From Octopus vulgaris (lineage: Eukaryota), in the NCBI GenBank assembly GCA_951406725.2, contig OX597817.1:155496001-155560000 (forward strand): 64,000 nucleotides of DNA, read 5' to 3'. A program made the translations under genes and the position numbers. Position 1 is the first letter of the stretch. Each line of letters starts with the position of its first letter. Positions 14,274 through 27,073 of the stretch are shown one piece after another. A model generated the notes under the pieces. The model was not told the origin of the DNA, did not search any database, and was given only the letters and a program-made list of their open reading frames with translations.

Positions 14274-14586
14274 CCACCATTATAGGTGTCTACTCTTTGA
14301 ACCCCTCTCTTCAATACGCTATTTCACCATGCATTACCCCTCTCTCGATATCCTACGTTCTACTTGCCTAGAACCTGTCCTCTGAACCACCCCTCCCACT
14401 GGTGCTCCCCTATATTTCTGCACCCCCCCACCACCATTATAGGTGTCTACTCTTTGAACCCCCTCTTCAATACGCTATTTCACCATGCATTACCCCTCTC
14501 TCGATATCCTACGTTCTACTTGCCTATTACCTGTCCTCTGAACCACCCCTCCCACTGGTGCTCCCCTATATTTCTGCACCCCCCCA
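14274..14586 (+). repeat. Tandem repeat, about 157-bp unit x2, followed by an A-run and an RTE tail (14597-14833)
   Basis: CCACCATTATAGGTGTCTACTC begins at both 14274 and 14431. Confidence 0.92.
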
Positions 14587-15675
14587 TAAAAAAAAAAAAA
14601 AGCACCATCCGAACGTGGCCGATGCCAGACCCCTCTGGCACCTGTGCAGGTGGCACGTAAAAAACACCCACTACACTCGTGGAGTGGTTGGCGTTAGGAA
14701 GGGCATCCAGCTGTAGAAACACTGCCAGACTAGACTGGAGCCTGGGGCAGTCCCGAGCTCTCCAGACCCCGGTCGAAACCGTCCAACCCGTGCTAGCGCG
14801 GAAAACGGACGTTAAACGATGATGATGATGATGAACACTTTTTGCTTCTACCTGCTAATACATTTGCAAATATGTTTAAGCCTCCTATCACTCAACAAGG
14901 ACACTCTTTATGGTTAGTAGTTATTGTAGCAATTTGTGAAGTGTGAGGAAAAATAGCAATTATATGGAGGAACACCTAGCCATCTATAAAAAGTGATCAC
15001 ACAAGCTTCATTTCCTCATCAACAAATTAATATAATTATTTTTTGCTTGTCTTTTAAGAACTTTTTATTTTCAAATGTAGAAACACGTGCTGAAAAAGTC
15101 TTCATTTCCCAGTAAATTCTTTTAATATGAATGGAAAATGATAGATTCTGGGAAGGAGAAAATAATACAAGTGATATAGGAGGACCAAAGTATTAAAATG
15201 ACATACTGAAATCAATAGTATAAAATTTATTAAAAGATGAGTTAATGTAGGTTTCAAAATTCATAGAAAAAAGCCAATTGTGTAGATCCATATGCAACCC
15301 ACATTATCAATGCAAGTGTCCTATTGTTTAAAGAAAAGGATACAGAGAGATACCTAAGATTCTTTATGCCTATTCCTCCTCGTGGATGTGAAACCTTGCT
15401 GTTAAGAGTAAGAAATATCAAGAGGAACCCTGAAAACCATTACATATATTTGTGATATTTGCAATGCAGACATCACAAACCCTTCAAGTCATGTTATCAT
15501 ACTAAGAATGGCAGGTGGACAACAAAATGCAGCCAGTTTTTTTTCACCAGTCAATGCCATGGGAGTGGGTTGCAATATCACCTACTATTTTCAGTATATC
15601 ATAAACAAACATTTAAAACAAAAGATGGCAATGTGACTTAACAACAATTAGTTGAGTACTAGAGGTATAGATTAC

Positions 15676-16347
15676 CTGTTGTGGAAGAGTTTTCGTAGTC
15701 AGAAGAGAATTTGACTGCAGAGAGTTTTGAGCATGTTGTTGTTGCTGTGATGTAAGCATACCCAGTAACTGTTGATGTTGTTGATCAGGTGTTAATTGAT
15801 CTTGCTTGCTTTGAACATTATCCAACCCTGAGAGGCTGCTTACATCAGACATTGGTGTAGTGGTCATTGGTGTGTTTTGTAAGAAGATATTCAAGTGTCC
15901 CTCAGTAGCCATAGAATTTGGTGTTGCACCAGAAGTAGACAATGTACCATTACTAGCTTTTTGGGAAGCAGTCAGTTGCGAAAGTTTTTCTTGCAGATCA
16001 TTTAAATCCATAGGTACATTAGAAGGTAAGGAATGGGACCTTGACAGCCTTTCAAATTCTTGATAGGCGTCAGATTCAGATACCATAGTCTTTGCAGGTC
16101 CAGATACCTCAGGATATTCAGTCTCTTGATTTTCAATAGAGGCATTTCCGGTTGTTGATTTACCATCATCATCATCTTCTGTTGGTCTTTTCTCTAATGG
16201 ATGGAATTCAGGAACTTTACTTACAACAAACCTCTTCTTTTTGGTTTCAACGATAGATTCTTGCTGATCATGTGAATGAGACTTCTTTGGTTCTTTATCT
16301 CCTCCATCCGAACTCTTCTGCTCATCAGATTGGTCAAAGTGAAGTTT
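15676..16347 (-). CDS. WNK1: WNK exon with RFxV motif (KKKRFVVSKV), a DLNDLQEKLSQL helix and a Q-rich region
   Basis: ttattag acceptor, CAG|gtaat donor, 672 nt open frame, phase 0-0. Overlaps ORF 15613..16086. Confidence 0.9.
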
Positions 16348-16703
16348 CTAATAAAATAAAACATTGACAGGATTGTCAAAATTCAAAGACAAAATTTATA
16401 AAGTGATATTTCATTAAAAAAACAAATGTATCAAAGCACTAAATCTTGGGTCAGGGGTCTGCATTTTCTTCATATGTCACAAGTTATTTTGAGTCTATTG
16501 ACACAGTTTACTTTGGAAAGCTTGCTTGTAATAAACTAGCATCCATTAATAGAACAACTAAATTGGCCAGAGTTCTAATTTCATGACCAAAAAGTGGCTA
16601 CTAAAGCAAATCCCACCCTTTATGCCTGCAAATAATTCCAAAGCTTTTCACACTACTAGTTTCTCCCATCAACATTTATTTTCCCAATTATACAAATTAT
16701 CAC

Positions 16704-16892
16704 CTTTGAAGAATCCATTTCAGCAGAATGCCTAGATTTTCTTGAAACACATGGACTTGAAGTTGGAGTATTAGCAGCACTGATACAAAAAGTAACAGCA
16801 TTCATAGGGTCATTCTTCACTTCTTTGATTGCTCCTTCCATCAGTTCAATAAAGCTGTTCACTTGAGCTTCAGGCAAAAGATCTTCAGCGAC
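16704..16892 (-). CDS. WNK1: WNK exon: VAEDLLPEAQVNSFIELMEGAIKEVK...EMDSSK
   Basis: ttttatag acceptor, AAG|gtgat donor, 189 nt, phase 0-0. Confidence 0.88.
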
Positions 16893-17119
16893 CTATAAAA
16901 GATCAAAGTATTACATACACCATAATTTGGAAAACAGCTTTCAAAAGCTGTCTTAAAAAATATCTTTATTCAGACTATAAAATAGAAATACTTTTAAATT
17001 CAAATTCTTTATAGTAAATATATTTAGATTATAACAACTCAGCTTACTTGTAAATAAAATAAAGAAAAAGAAAAGGCAGAACTAATCTTTTTCATGAATA
17101 ATAAATAGACAGATCTTAC

Positions 17120-17333
17120 CAAATTATCAGCAATTTCTTCAGGTTTATCATTTTCAAGAGTAAACTTGTATGTAACTGTATTTTTATTGGCAATATCTAA
17201 TTTACATTCAACTTCTTGTCCAGCTAGGTCTACTCCAAGAATAGTGAGCTTTAAACCCTTTTTCTCTCGACGTTTTACACGAGATTTTCTTCTAGATTTT
17301 TCCATCGCAGGTGCTGCAGAACCATCACTTTCA
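17120..17333 (-). CDS. WNK1: WNK exon: basic stretch and CCT-like domain (LKLTILGV...VECKLDIANKNTVTYKFTLENDKPEEIADNL)
   Basis: ctctag acceptor, gtaag donor, 214 nt, phase 2 to 0. Resembles the vertebrate WNK VECQLET..VTFKF....PEEIA segment. Confidence 0.92.
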
Positions 17334-17437
17334 CTAGAGACAAAATTGCAATGAAAATTAATTAAACTGAACAATAGAAATTGGAGAAGAGAGAATAAGA
17401 AAAAAAAGAAAAAAATAATAAAAAAATTAAATCCAAC

Positions 17438-17589
17438 CTTTCACGCCCAAATTCATCAAGGATACCAGATGAGGTTGGGTATGCTAATGGAGGCTCAGGA
17501 GCAGAATAACTACCAGCAACTATTTGCTGGAGCATTTGTTGCTGATATTGTTGAGCAGCAATTATATCTAATCCAGATAAATTAGCAGC
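17438..17589 (-). CDS. WNK1: WNK exon: AANLSGLDIIAAQQYQQQMLQQIVAGSYSAPEPPLAYPTSSGILDEFGRE
   Basis: ttttgcag acceptor, AAG|gttgg donor, 152 nt, phase 0 to 2. Confidence 0.85.
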
Positions 17590-17942
17590 CTGCAAAATAA
17601 AACAAAAAATTAATTTTATGTCTAATGGTAATGGCTAATCTTTTTCGCAAATAATCAGGTTAGGTTTGAGACAAATGAAGAAGCTTGGCATTATTATTTC
17701 ATGGCCTAATAAGAATTTAGATGATTATCATAAGCTAACTATCAGGAAAATAGTGAAGTTTACAATATTGAAAAGTCAGCATGGCAACCATCAAACAAAA
17801 TATATTGTGAAGACAAAAATAGCAAATTATATTTTTAAAATAAAATACCAAGTTATTTGAGCAAATAAAGTATTTGAAGCAGAAAATTATGAAATTAGCC
17901 TTTCAAATACAGGACAGGAAATAAATTAATCTGATACTAGAT

Positions 17943-17976
<34 letters not shown>

Positions 17977-18229
17977 CACACATATATATAGTGGTGTTAG
18001 TTTAAAGACAAGTATATTGATTATATATTAATTATTTGTTTATTAAATAACTTCAAACTATATATGAATAAAGAGAACTTTTTATTCTTTTAAATGATGC
18101 GAGTTGAAACAATTTTAATTAGCATAATGCAATTAATGACAGCAAAAATAAAGCCACAAAAATGAACAGTTAATTTTTAGAACATTTTAATTTCAATATT
18201 ATTATTGGTAAATGAAAAAACTTATCAGA

Positions 18230-19100
18230 CATGGTCAAGAACTGACCAACTGCATCTGTTGAAATGCTCTTTTCAAGCTATGGCTGATGAGCCATGATGC
18301 AGACACTTAAAATGAGACTAGCTGCCATTCTTACTATCTTACACAGGGCAACTGAGAAAACTATTGAAAAGATGAACTGATGCGCTCACTGTTTGTTGAA
18401 GAACAAAAAAAAAAAAAAAAAGACTACCATCAACACATTTTGAATTATGTTTAACAGATATACTATATACAGACTGTCAAAAATACACAAAAGCAATTTG
18501 ATCTTGTAGGTGTGCAGTATTTAAAAAAGGGAAGCTGTTAGGCTAGTTAGAAACCTTTTGGCTATGTGAAATGGAATTTAATTTGTTTGCTTATGATGGC
18601 TGACAGTAAGCACAACATCATAGGAAAAGATTTTACCCAGAGTGCATGAATAAGCATGGTGATGGCAATGTCAGTTTGGGGTTGCATATCTGGAAAAGCA
18701 GTCAGTCTTATTATACATCAAGAACAGTAGAGCTAACCTGGAGATCTTGCCAAAGACTGTTTCCATATAGTAAGAGTAATTTGGGCTGATCATGGATTTT
18801 TCTGTAAGCATACTGCAGGAACAATTGAAGAATCATTGAAAGCAAGAAAATGCAAATGCTGCGGTGAATAGCTTAATCAGTGGATTTACATCTGATAGAA
18901 TTCTTATGGAAACGGATCGATATGAGAAGCCAAAAAGGAAAATCCAAGAAATTCTATATATAGTTAAAAGGAGGGAAAAATAGCTGATAGTGACATTATC
19001 TGGAAGAAATTCAAGATAATGGAATCATCAGATTTGATCTGGTGAAATTTCAGGTACCATATGATTTAAATCTTCTCAAACTTTAATGTACACATTCCAT
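18230..19100 (+). mobile_element. Highly degraded Tc1-like transposase remnant
   Basis: WLCEMEFNLFAYDG (about 18559; compare WSDESKFNLFGSDG) and KHGDGNV..WGC (about 18652, frameshifted). Boundaries approximate. Confidence 0.6.
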
Positions 19101-22100
19101 TTTGTTGCAAAAAAAATACTTACATGTAAATGTTCTTGTTCATTTCCATGGTATTTATTAACAGCTTTAATAAATGCATTAAGTAATTTAAAATTTTCTT
19201 TTTTAAGCTTACATCATATTGAGTAAAAAATTTCTCTTTCTATTGTTAAATAGCCTGAATTGCAGTGTGGTGACCCGTATGCTTCAATGACCTTCAGAGC
19301 AAAATGCCAGGTGGTGCAAGCTCCTGGTAAGGCCTCCCATACTGGACAGATCAAAGGATAGAAGCCAGACTAATATGGAATACCTCTTCCCAGAGGTGAA
19401 AATAAGTTTGCATAGGGCCAACATTCCTACATAGAAAACAAGCAAAGTTACAGAAACATCAATGACAATTCATCATTCTGTTAGTTAGCAAAATAAAAAC
19501 TGGATGTTGTTAGACTTATCAGAAACCTCTTGGCTAAATGAAATGAAATTTAATTTGCTTATGATGGCTGACATTAAATTCAACATCACACAAGAGAAAA
19601 TTTTACACAGATTCTTCTTCTCCCTGATCTCCCAACAAGCCTAGGGAGAAGAAAGAAAGCCCAGAGTTAAGAACAGTGAAAGAAAGTTATCAATGACCTA
19701 TGATGCAATAAAAAGGGCTTAAGTAGAGTAAATAAATGGAAATAAGCAACCATTAATCTCTTACTACACTCGTCTTTAAGCAATACCAATGTAAGCAATA
19801 AGAATTTTAAAAATTAAGTAGATGTTTACTTGATAAACAGAAGCTGATTAAATGCCATTATATATATATATATATATATATAAAGTATAGTAAGATCAAT
19901 TTTAAGAATTTTCTTCAGCATAAATACCTAATAACTTTGTAGTGATTCTAAAATTAAACCTTTTAGAGAAAAATTAACTAGTTTATTCATTTAGAATTAA
20001 ACATTTAACACAAAATTTATTAAGAATAAATTGTATAAATAACTGATTACTAAGTACATAAATGAACAAAGAAATAAACAAAAAATATTTAAAACATGTT
20101 AATTCCACTTTCAGCTCGCAATAACAAAAAATTAATTTCTATTAAAACCTGTGTAGTTTAAAGAATAGAAATTGTAACAAAAATTATAAACTGCATTTGA
20201 AAGTTGACTGCAGAAAAAAACAAAGGCAATAATGATATTTTTAAAATGTCTTCAATAAATCATGAAAATAAACAAAATAAGAAATCCTTTTACCCAGTGG
20301 CAAAGCAACAGTAGATATATAAACATGCAGCTAAAAATACTGAATATAAAAAAAAAAATCACATAGAAAATGTCTTCTTGTGAGTGCAAGTAAAAAGCTG
20401 CTGTTGATAAACTCAAATATTTTAAATAATTTGATATAACTAACATTCAATATTGTATGTTTAGAGGATAATGTATTCGACTTTTTCCACTACCATACAC
20501 ATAACTTGAACTATACGTTTATACATAACTCTGACAAATGGAGGGGACTTTATAAAATCACCATCTTAACAACTCACAGTCAAGTAGATGATTATCTAAT
20601 GACTAAGATAAAAAAACAATGCCATTTACAACAAAGCTATATTACTTAGTTAATACACAAACAAAATATATAAGATGTGTATTACTAGTTAAGAAAAAAA
20701 AATTACTAAGGTATTAATGCATGAGGAAATCCTAAGAAAATTATAACAAGCATGTAAGAAGATGTGTATCATAGTTTATAATTGTGCATCATAGTTTATA
20801 TCTGACATTCAACAACAAAATACAAAAACTATCATTTTCCAGAGCATTATTTTTACAGTAATTTTCACTATCAGCAACATAACTGAAACAATTTCAATTG
20901 GCATTTAAAACCAGATAGCAGGTTCTATTTACTGACAACAGCTGTGTCTTGTTTCTGAAAACAATTCTAAAATATACACGAAACAAAATTGAATAAAGCA
21001 ATATTCAACTTTAGAAATAAAGCCATTTTTGAAGCTATACCTTAGTGTTCATGTATACAATAACTATCTGAATTATTTACTAACCGCTACCTTTAATCAA
21101 ACTGTAACTAAACACAGAGTCTGCTTGCACCTTCCCTTATTCACAATTGTAGATTGTTGAAGAATCTTTAAAACAACTTAAAATCTACTCAACTAACAAT
21201 TACATATTCTGCTCTCACTGATAATAGCCAATGAAGTACAGAACAGTTAATTGTTCATTCAAGTTCATTCTGAATTTGAAAACTTTCAGAGGATGAAGAT
21301 TAGAAAAGAAAAATTAAGTATTAAAATGAAAATGTATTTATGAACTGTTGAGTGGTGAAGCATTTTTCAGATCTTCAAGATCTTCTAAACAAACCTCTTC
21401 ATTAGACCACAAGAAACCACTAATTAAATGTTCATTTTAAAAATACATTCTTATCAAATAATTATGAAGAAGATTCTATTCTTTACTGAAGAAACAGCTA
21501 CATCACAAAAGAAAGTATGATACTAAAAGGTACTAGTACAATATTTGTAAGTATAAAGGCAAATATCACAGCTTTTGAAGAGTGTCATAATGCTAGCTAA
21601 AATAAAAGATTAACAATATATAAAAAATATATACCAGCTTTAAGAAAATTGTTGAAATGCAACAAATACATTTGAAATAACCAAATCTCCCCTAAGTAAC
21701 ATACACAAATACAACAATCATTTTGGTAGGTATATTGTTTCAATGAAGATATATATCTCCAAAACTTAGCTAATAAATTTTGCTATTTGATAATTAAGTA
21801 GGAGAGCAGTTGGTTTGCCTTATGCCAGATTTATTATTCCCTTTAATAGAAACTGTCAAAAACGTTACATTTTATCTCCATGTAGAAGCAGAAATAAGAC
21901 ACCCAACTGAAAATATTCCTTATTTATATGAAAGACTGCAAAAATGTTTTGTAATGCTGAGCATGATATAATTACAACTTGAGTATATAAAAAAAATTAT
22001 TCAGGTATAAGAAATAAAGATGTCTATGTGGTCTATACTGCTTGTTTTTTCAACAAGTATTCTAAATAAATTTTTTACTATCCCAATTCGTATGAAAAAT

Positions 22101-22368
22101 GAAATAAAAAGAAAGTATTGAAAAGTATGTTAATATCCTAATAAAATACAGAAATTATATGCTTGTTTCTAACTAAATAGTTACTAATATTTTCTTTTAC
22201 TTCCTATTCATTGCAATAATTTTTAGAATGAAAGTGATTCTGTGAAATTTAAAGATGTAATTAAAGTAAACTAAAAAGCAAGCTCAATAGCATTGACAGT
22301 TATGAGTGCAAAATAAGCAGCAATGGCAGCAGGAAAAGTCATAATATAGGAGGCACCATTGAACACAC

Positions 22369-22464
22369 CTTGGCCTGTAACCTGCTAATGCGTGGACTTC
22401 TGTGTGAGTCCGAACGCCTGGCTTCACCGGACCTTTTTACATGTGACCTCCTATGTGCCGAGCT
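22369..22464 (-). CDS. WNK1: Candidate WNK cassette exon: SSAHRRSHVKRSGEARRSDSHRSPRISRLQAK
   Basis: Polypyrimidine tract and ttcag acceptor, AAG|gtgtgt donor, 96 nt, phase 0-0, open frame. A GC-rich island in a very AT-rich intron. Confidence 0.6.
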
Positions 22465-23172
22465 CTGAACAACAGAAGAAATAGCAGGAGGGTATTGAAT
22501 CTGAGCTATATGACCCTGAATGATAAATGGGCAATGAAGATGTCAAAGTTTGGATATATATTTTTTAATACAAAAATTGGAGGAATATGTTCAGCAAAGT
22601 GTCAAAGGAAGAGAGACATCTACAATAAGTTGTTAGGTAACAAGAAAATAAACTGAATCCATTAAAATAGGGACAGTTAATTTTTGTATTTAAAATATAA
22701 CAATCCTTCATTAACCAACATCTTAATTACAACTGAATCTTTCATTCAACAAATAAGGAAATTTTAAAAAATAATTTCTCTTTAATAGTTTAAAATTTGA
22801 ATTTCATTACCTTTGGGTTTAATCTAAGCAGAACATTAAATAAACTGGAAACTGAAAATTTCCAACTCAATATATAGAACTGAAATAGGGGAAACAACAA
22901 GTGGCCACCAATTAAATGATTTCCCAGTTGAAACTTCAATACTAAAATATTTAAATAAATTTCTTTCTTAAAAGCCAAGATGCACACGTCAAGATTTGTC
23001 CACTGTTGAAGATATATGTAAGGAAGGTTTCATGTAGAACCAAGTTCAAAACCAATGTTTTGTATGAGTTAAATAATTGAGACGAAGAAAGAACACAACA
23101 AAGCACTTGCTCTATACAAGCAGGCTGACAAGTTTAACCTAACAAAAACAAGAGACTATGCTTCATATCAAG

Positions 23173-23206
<34 letters not shown>

Positions 23207-23208
23207 CC

Positions 23209-23584
23209 CTTTACTCTTTTACTTGTTTCAGTCATTTTGACTGCGGCCTTTAGTCGAGCAAATCGACCCCGGGACTTATTCTTTGTAAGCCCAGTACTTA
23301 TTCAATCGGTCTCTTTTGCCGAACCGCTAAGTGACGGGGACGTAAACACATCAGCATCGGTTGTCAAGCAATGCTAGGGGGACAAACACAGACACACAAA
23401 CACACACAGGTATATATACATATATACGACAGGCTTCTTTCAGTTTCCGTCTACCAAATCCACTCACAAGGCATTGGTCGGCCCGGGGCTATAGCAGAAG
23501 ACACTTGCCCAAGATGCCACGCAGTGGGACTGAACCCGGAACCATGTGGTTGGTTAGCAAGCTACTTACCACACAGCCACTCTT

Positions 23585-23588
<4 letters not shown>
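23209..23588 (-). mobile_element. tRNA-derived SINE, family A, full length
   Basis: Head TGGCTGTGTGG...GGTTCAGTCCC, internal (TG/TA)n and an AGTAAAAG-repeat tail. Near-identical to the copies at 27152 and 50586. Confidence 0.9.
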
Positions 23589-23620
<32 letters not shown>

Positions 23621-24563
23621 ATTACCATTTACTAAAATAATTATTTCAGATTATTAACACATTTGCGGGAGGGGATATCTGTTAAGCTAGCAATATATAG
23701 GTAAAATTTAAAAAAGAAAATAAATATATAAATTGCAAGAAAAAAATATTTGATAAAAGCAATTGCTGAGTGGAATAAAAAATATATGTAGAAGTCTTCA
23801 TTATAATAGATGTCTGAGGTAATAAGGATTATATAAAATAGGTTAGTAAGGCTGCAGTTTAGAGTATAATTAGCTATGAAAGCAAGAGCTAATTAGCAAA
23901 TATCTTAAAAATTAACATGAAATACAATCACCTACAATAATCATCTGATTTTTAAAAAATATACATCACTTTAAATGTCTCTATACAAATAACTGGATAT
24001 TTGCACCAATCTTGCAATATTCAAACCATTTAAGGAATTATTAGATCAATTAAGATTATGAACTTATTTGTTATTAAGCTCAGGGAAATAGTCTAGCGCT
24101 ATAAAATTTGATAACACTCTAAAGATATGTTGCTTCAGAAATGCAATGTAAAATTACAAATCTCTTATTTAAGTACAATGATTAAAAGCTTAATATGGTT
24201 TAATGTTTTCAGTATTTCTCCTCTCACTTTTCGAAAGCTTCAGTTGAAACAAAACCACAGAATCAAATTTTATGATGTATATGTGTGCATGCATGTGTGT
24301 CTATATATATCATCATCGTTTAACGTCCGCTAATAAACTAATGTACCACCTTTTAAATATATATAGTATATCTAAACTAACCAGTGGTCTGTTATTTTTG
24401 AGTTTCCCTGAAATATAGCCAATTCCACAGACAAGAGGAGGATAATAAAGATACAGCATTTTGATGATGGGAGGAAACTGGAACACACAAGACTGGCTGA
24501 ATTTACAAACCAACTTTTGACTAGGGTTAGAGTGAAATGAAGAGAAAGGTATTCAAGTGCACA

Positions 24564-24708
24564 CATCATCATTTAATGTCTGCTTCCCATGCTTGCATGG
24601 GTTGGGTGGTTTGACTGAGGACTGGCAAGCTAGGAAGCTGCACCAGGCTTCAATCTAATCTGGCAAGGTTTCTACAGCTGGATGCCCTTCCTAACGCCAA
24701 CCACTCCA
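24564..24708 (-). mobile_element. RTE 3'-end fragment (others at about 3843-3985, 11537-11602 and 48107-48240)
   Basis: Reverse complement of the RTE tail. Confidence 0.8.
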
Positions 24709-26524
24709 CATATACACATGAACATACAAACATATCAGTCTTAAGCAGAGCTAGTAAGGAGAGAGGAATAGAAGAGATATATAGAGGGAAACAGAAAGAG
24801 AGAGTAAAAGGAAAGAGATCAACAAAGAAAGGGAACAAAAAAGGGGGGGAAAAGAGAAGGAAAACAGAGACACAGACCAGTGACTGACAACTGAACAAGT
24901 TAATAAATGGGTACACAGGATGAAATCTAAAGGATTGGTCAGACTCACACATGCCTGTATACAAGTACACACTCATATGCATGCATGTACACAAATAAGC
25001 AGCCAGATGTGCACCCATATAAGTTCACATGGACACATAAGGGAGCAAGCAAGCTGGCAAACAACCAAAGAGGGAAAGTAGTGAACATCATTCATTTCTT
25101 GTGAAAAATTATCAAAATAATGATGATATAATATCAACAGTAATTGTAAGGTGATAATATATGCAGTACTTTATAGGTTACAGAGCCTACTGCATAGAGT
25201 ACAACAACAATAAAGTAGGCCTGTCCATGGATAAGTTTGGCAGCTTGCTTGTATGCCTGTGTCTGTATCTTTGTATAAACATGCCAGAGTGCACGGGGGA
25301 CAAACCCTTCAGCTTTTGTCCTGTTATACCCACATGCATGTATCTATGTTATTATGTACATGTGTTCTTACTTTCTCATTCCCTTCTACCGGCTCGGTCA
25401 AAAGCCAGCTTAAAAATTCAGCCAACTGTGTGTCCCAGCTTCCCACTGTTATCCATTATCCCACTTTCTGTCTAGGGAACCAGTTAGACACCATGGAAAT
25501 TCCAGACAAACAGGATCAGCTTGAACTATTGCATTCTACTTTTGTATTAAGCACTTATCATTATTCCTAATAGAGTGGGGTGTAATTGAAATTAAAGGAC
25601 TCGATACACTTGTAAATCTATTATATATCATAATTTGATTGACAGTGACTGAAGTTTTACAGGTTTTGCTAATTCAAGCAGTTTGAATAAACCAAAAACT
25701 TCAAAGCCACAGTCAGTTTTATATATGTATACACACACATGTTAAGCAAACATTTCAACTCGCCTCACCTCACAAAAAAAAAAGTGTTTATACAGATGCA
25801 AAATTAAGTGTTCACACTGGATATAAAACAATACAAATTAGTTAAAATATATTCAATTTCTATCACCCCTAAAAAAAATCAACTGACTAAAATGAAAGAA
25901 ACAATTTATGTATATATACTCAGTGCTATTTTCTAGTCACTAACTTTTTTTTTTCAATTGAAGTAGTAGCCTACTGTTGTTTGCTACTAACTTATCAGGG
26001 AATGAATAAATAAAAATAGTGATGACTTTATAATTAAGATAAATCCCATTTCAATATACCTTTGTTTAATGTTAGAAACCAGATTTTAATAATGATTTAC
26101 AAAAGATGAAGGGAAAGTGAGGGCTGCAAGTGAATTGACCACACAAAATGTCTGACACACTGACTCCCAAGTTGATTCTCATGAAATTTGAACTCAAAAT
26201 ATAGAGGATTAAACACAAATACTAAAAGTTTTCAAGCACAATTTCTTTTTGCTACTTACACCATTCAATAATTATATATATATATATATATACATACACA
26301 CACACATACATGAAATTATGATAAAAGCCAGTTTATATCATTTGTTCCTTATGTACATTTCACTGTTTGTGGTTGTTTGGAATCACAGAATTAGATATTC
26401 CAAGTCCAACAGAATGCTTAACCACAATGGATCATCAGGGGAACATTTTACTGCATTATGTTACAAAGATCAAATAATGCAATGAAATATTCTCCTAATG
26501 ATTCGTTATGGATAAGCACCCAAC

Positions 26525-26838
26525 TGCAGAAAACAGCACAGCTCCCATGACTTCAGGAAACATTTTTTCACGCTGAGAGTTGCTGAAGCATGGAACAAAC
26601 TGCCGGCATCGGTTGTTAGTTGTCGGAGCACTGCATCCTTCAAAACTTCCATGCTTCCTGAGATTCGCCAACACTACACTTGATTTTCTCCCCTCCATAC
26701 ACACACAAGCATGTATCTGACTCATACACTGTTCACTTTCCAGACATTTCTACATTACTGCATGTACTTTATATGCACTTTCTGACAAGTTGTGGTGCAC
26801 CTGAGCACTGTATACAATAATTTCATTATTATTATTAT
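26525..26838 (+). mobile_element. CR1-clade LINE 3' end
   Basis: RKHFFTLRVAEAWNKLPASVV...SFK, then a short UTR and an (ATT)n tail. Confidence 0.85.
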
Positions 26839-27073
26839 TGCACTTGAACACCCAATGCTGTGTGGTTCCAAATAATCACAACAGTGAAATGTATTCAGGG
26901 AACAAATTATATAAACTAGTGCTTATCATTTCTCTTACATTTGCTCTGCAGAGCACAACCAATAATACTACTAAGTACAGTAGTAACCTAAGCATTATAC
27001 TGAAAGCAGACTGGATGAAGACAATCAGCATGGAGCTCTAAACTCAACAGTAGCAGACATACATCTAACTGTA

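Noticed and set aside
13280-14586. CRISPR array or retrozyme
   Set aside because: Eukaryotic context with long identical units and no spacers. The CTGATTAG in the unit does not complete a hammerhead core.
23361-23621. Recurrent short ORFs (RRHLPK..SGTEPGTMWL; LDALPNANHS)
   Set aside because: Translations of SINE and RTE-tail repeats, not genes.
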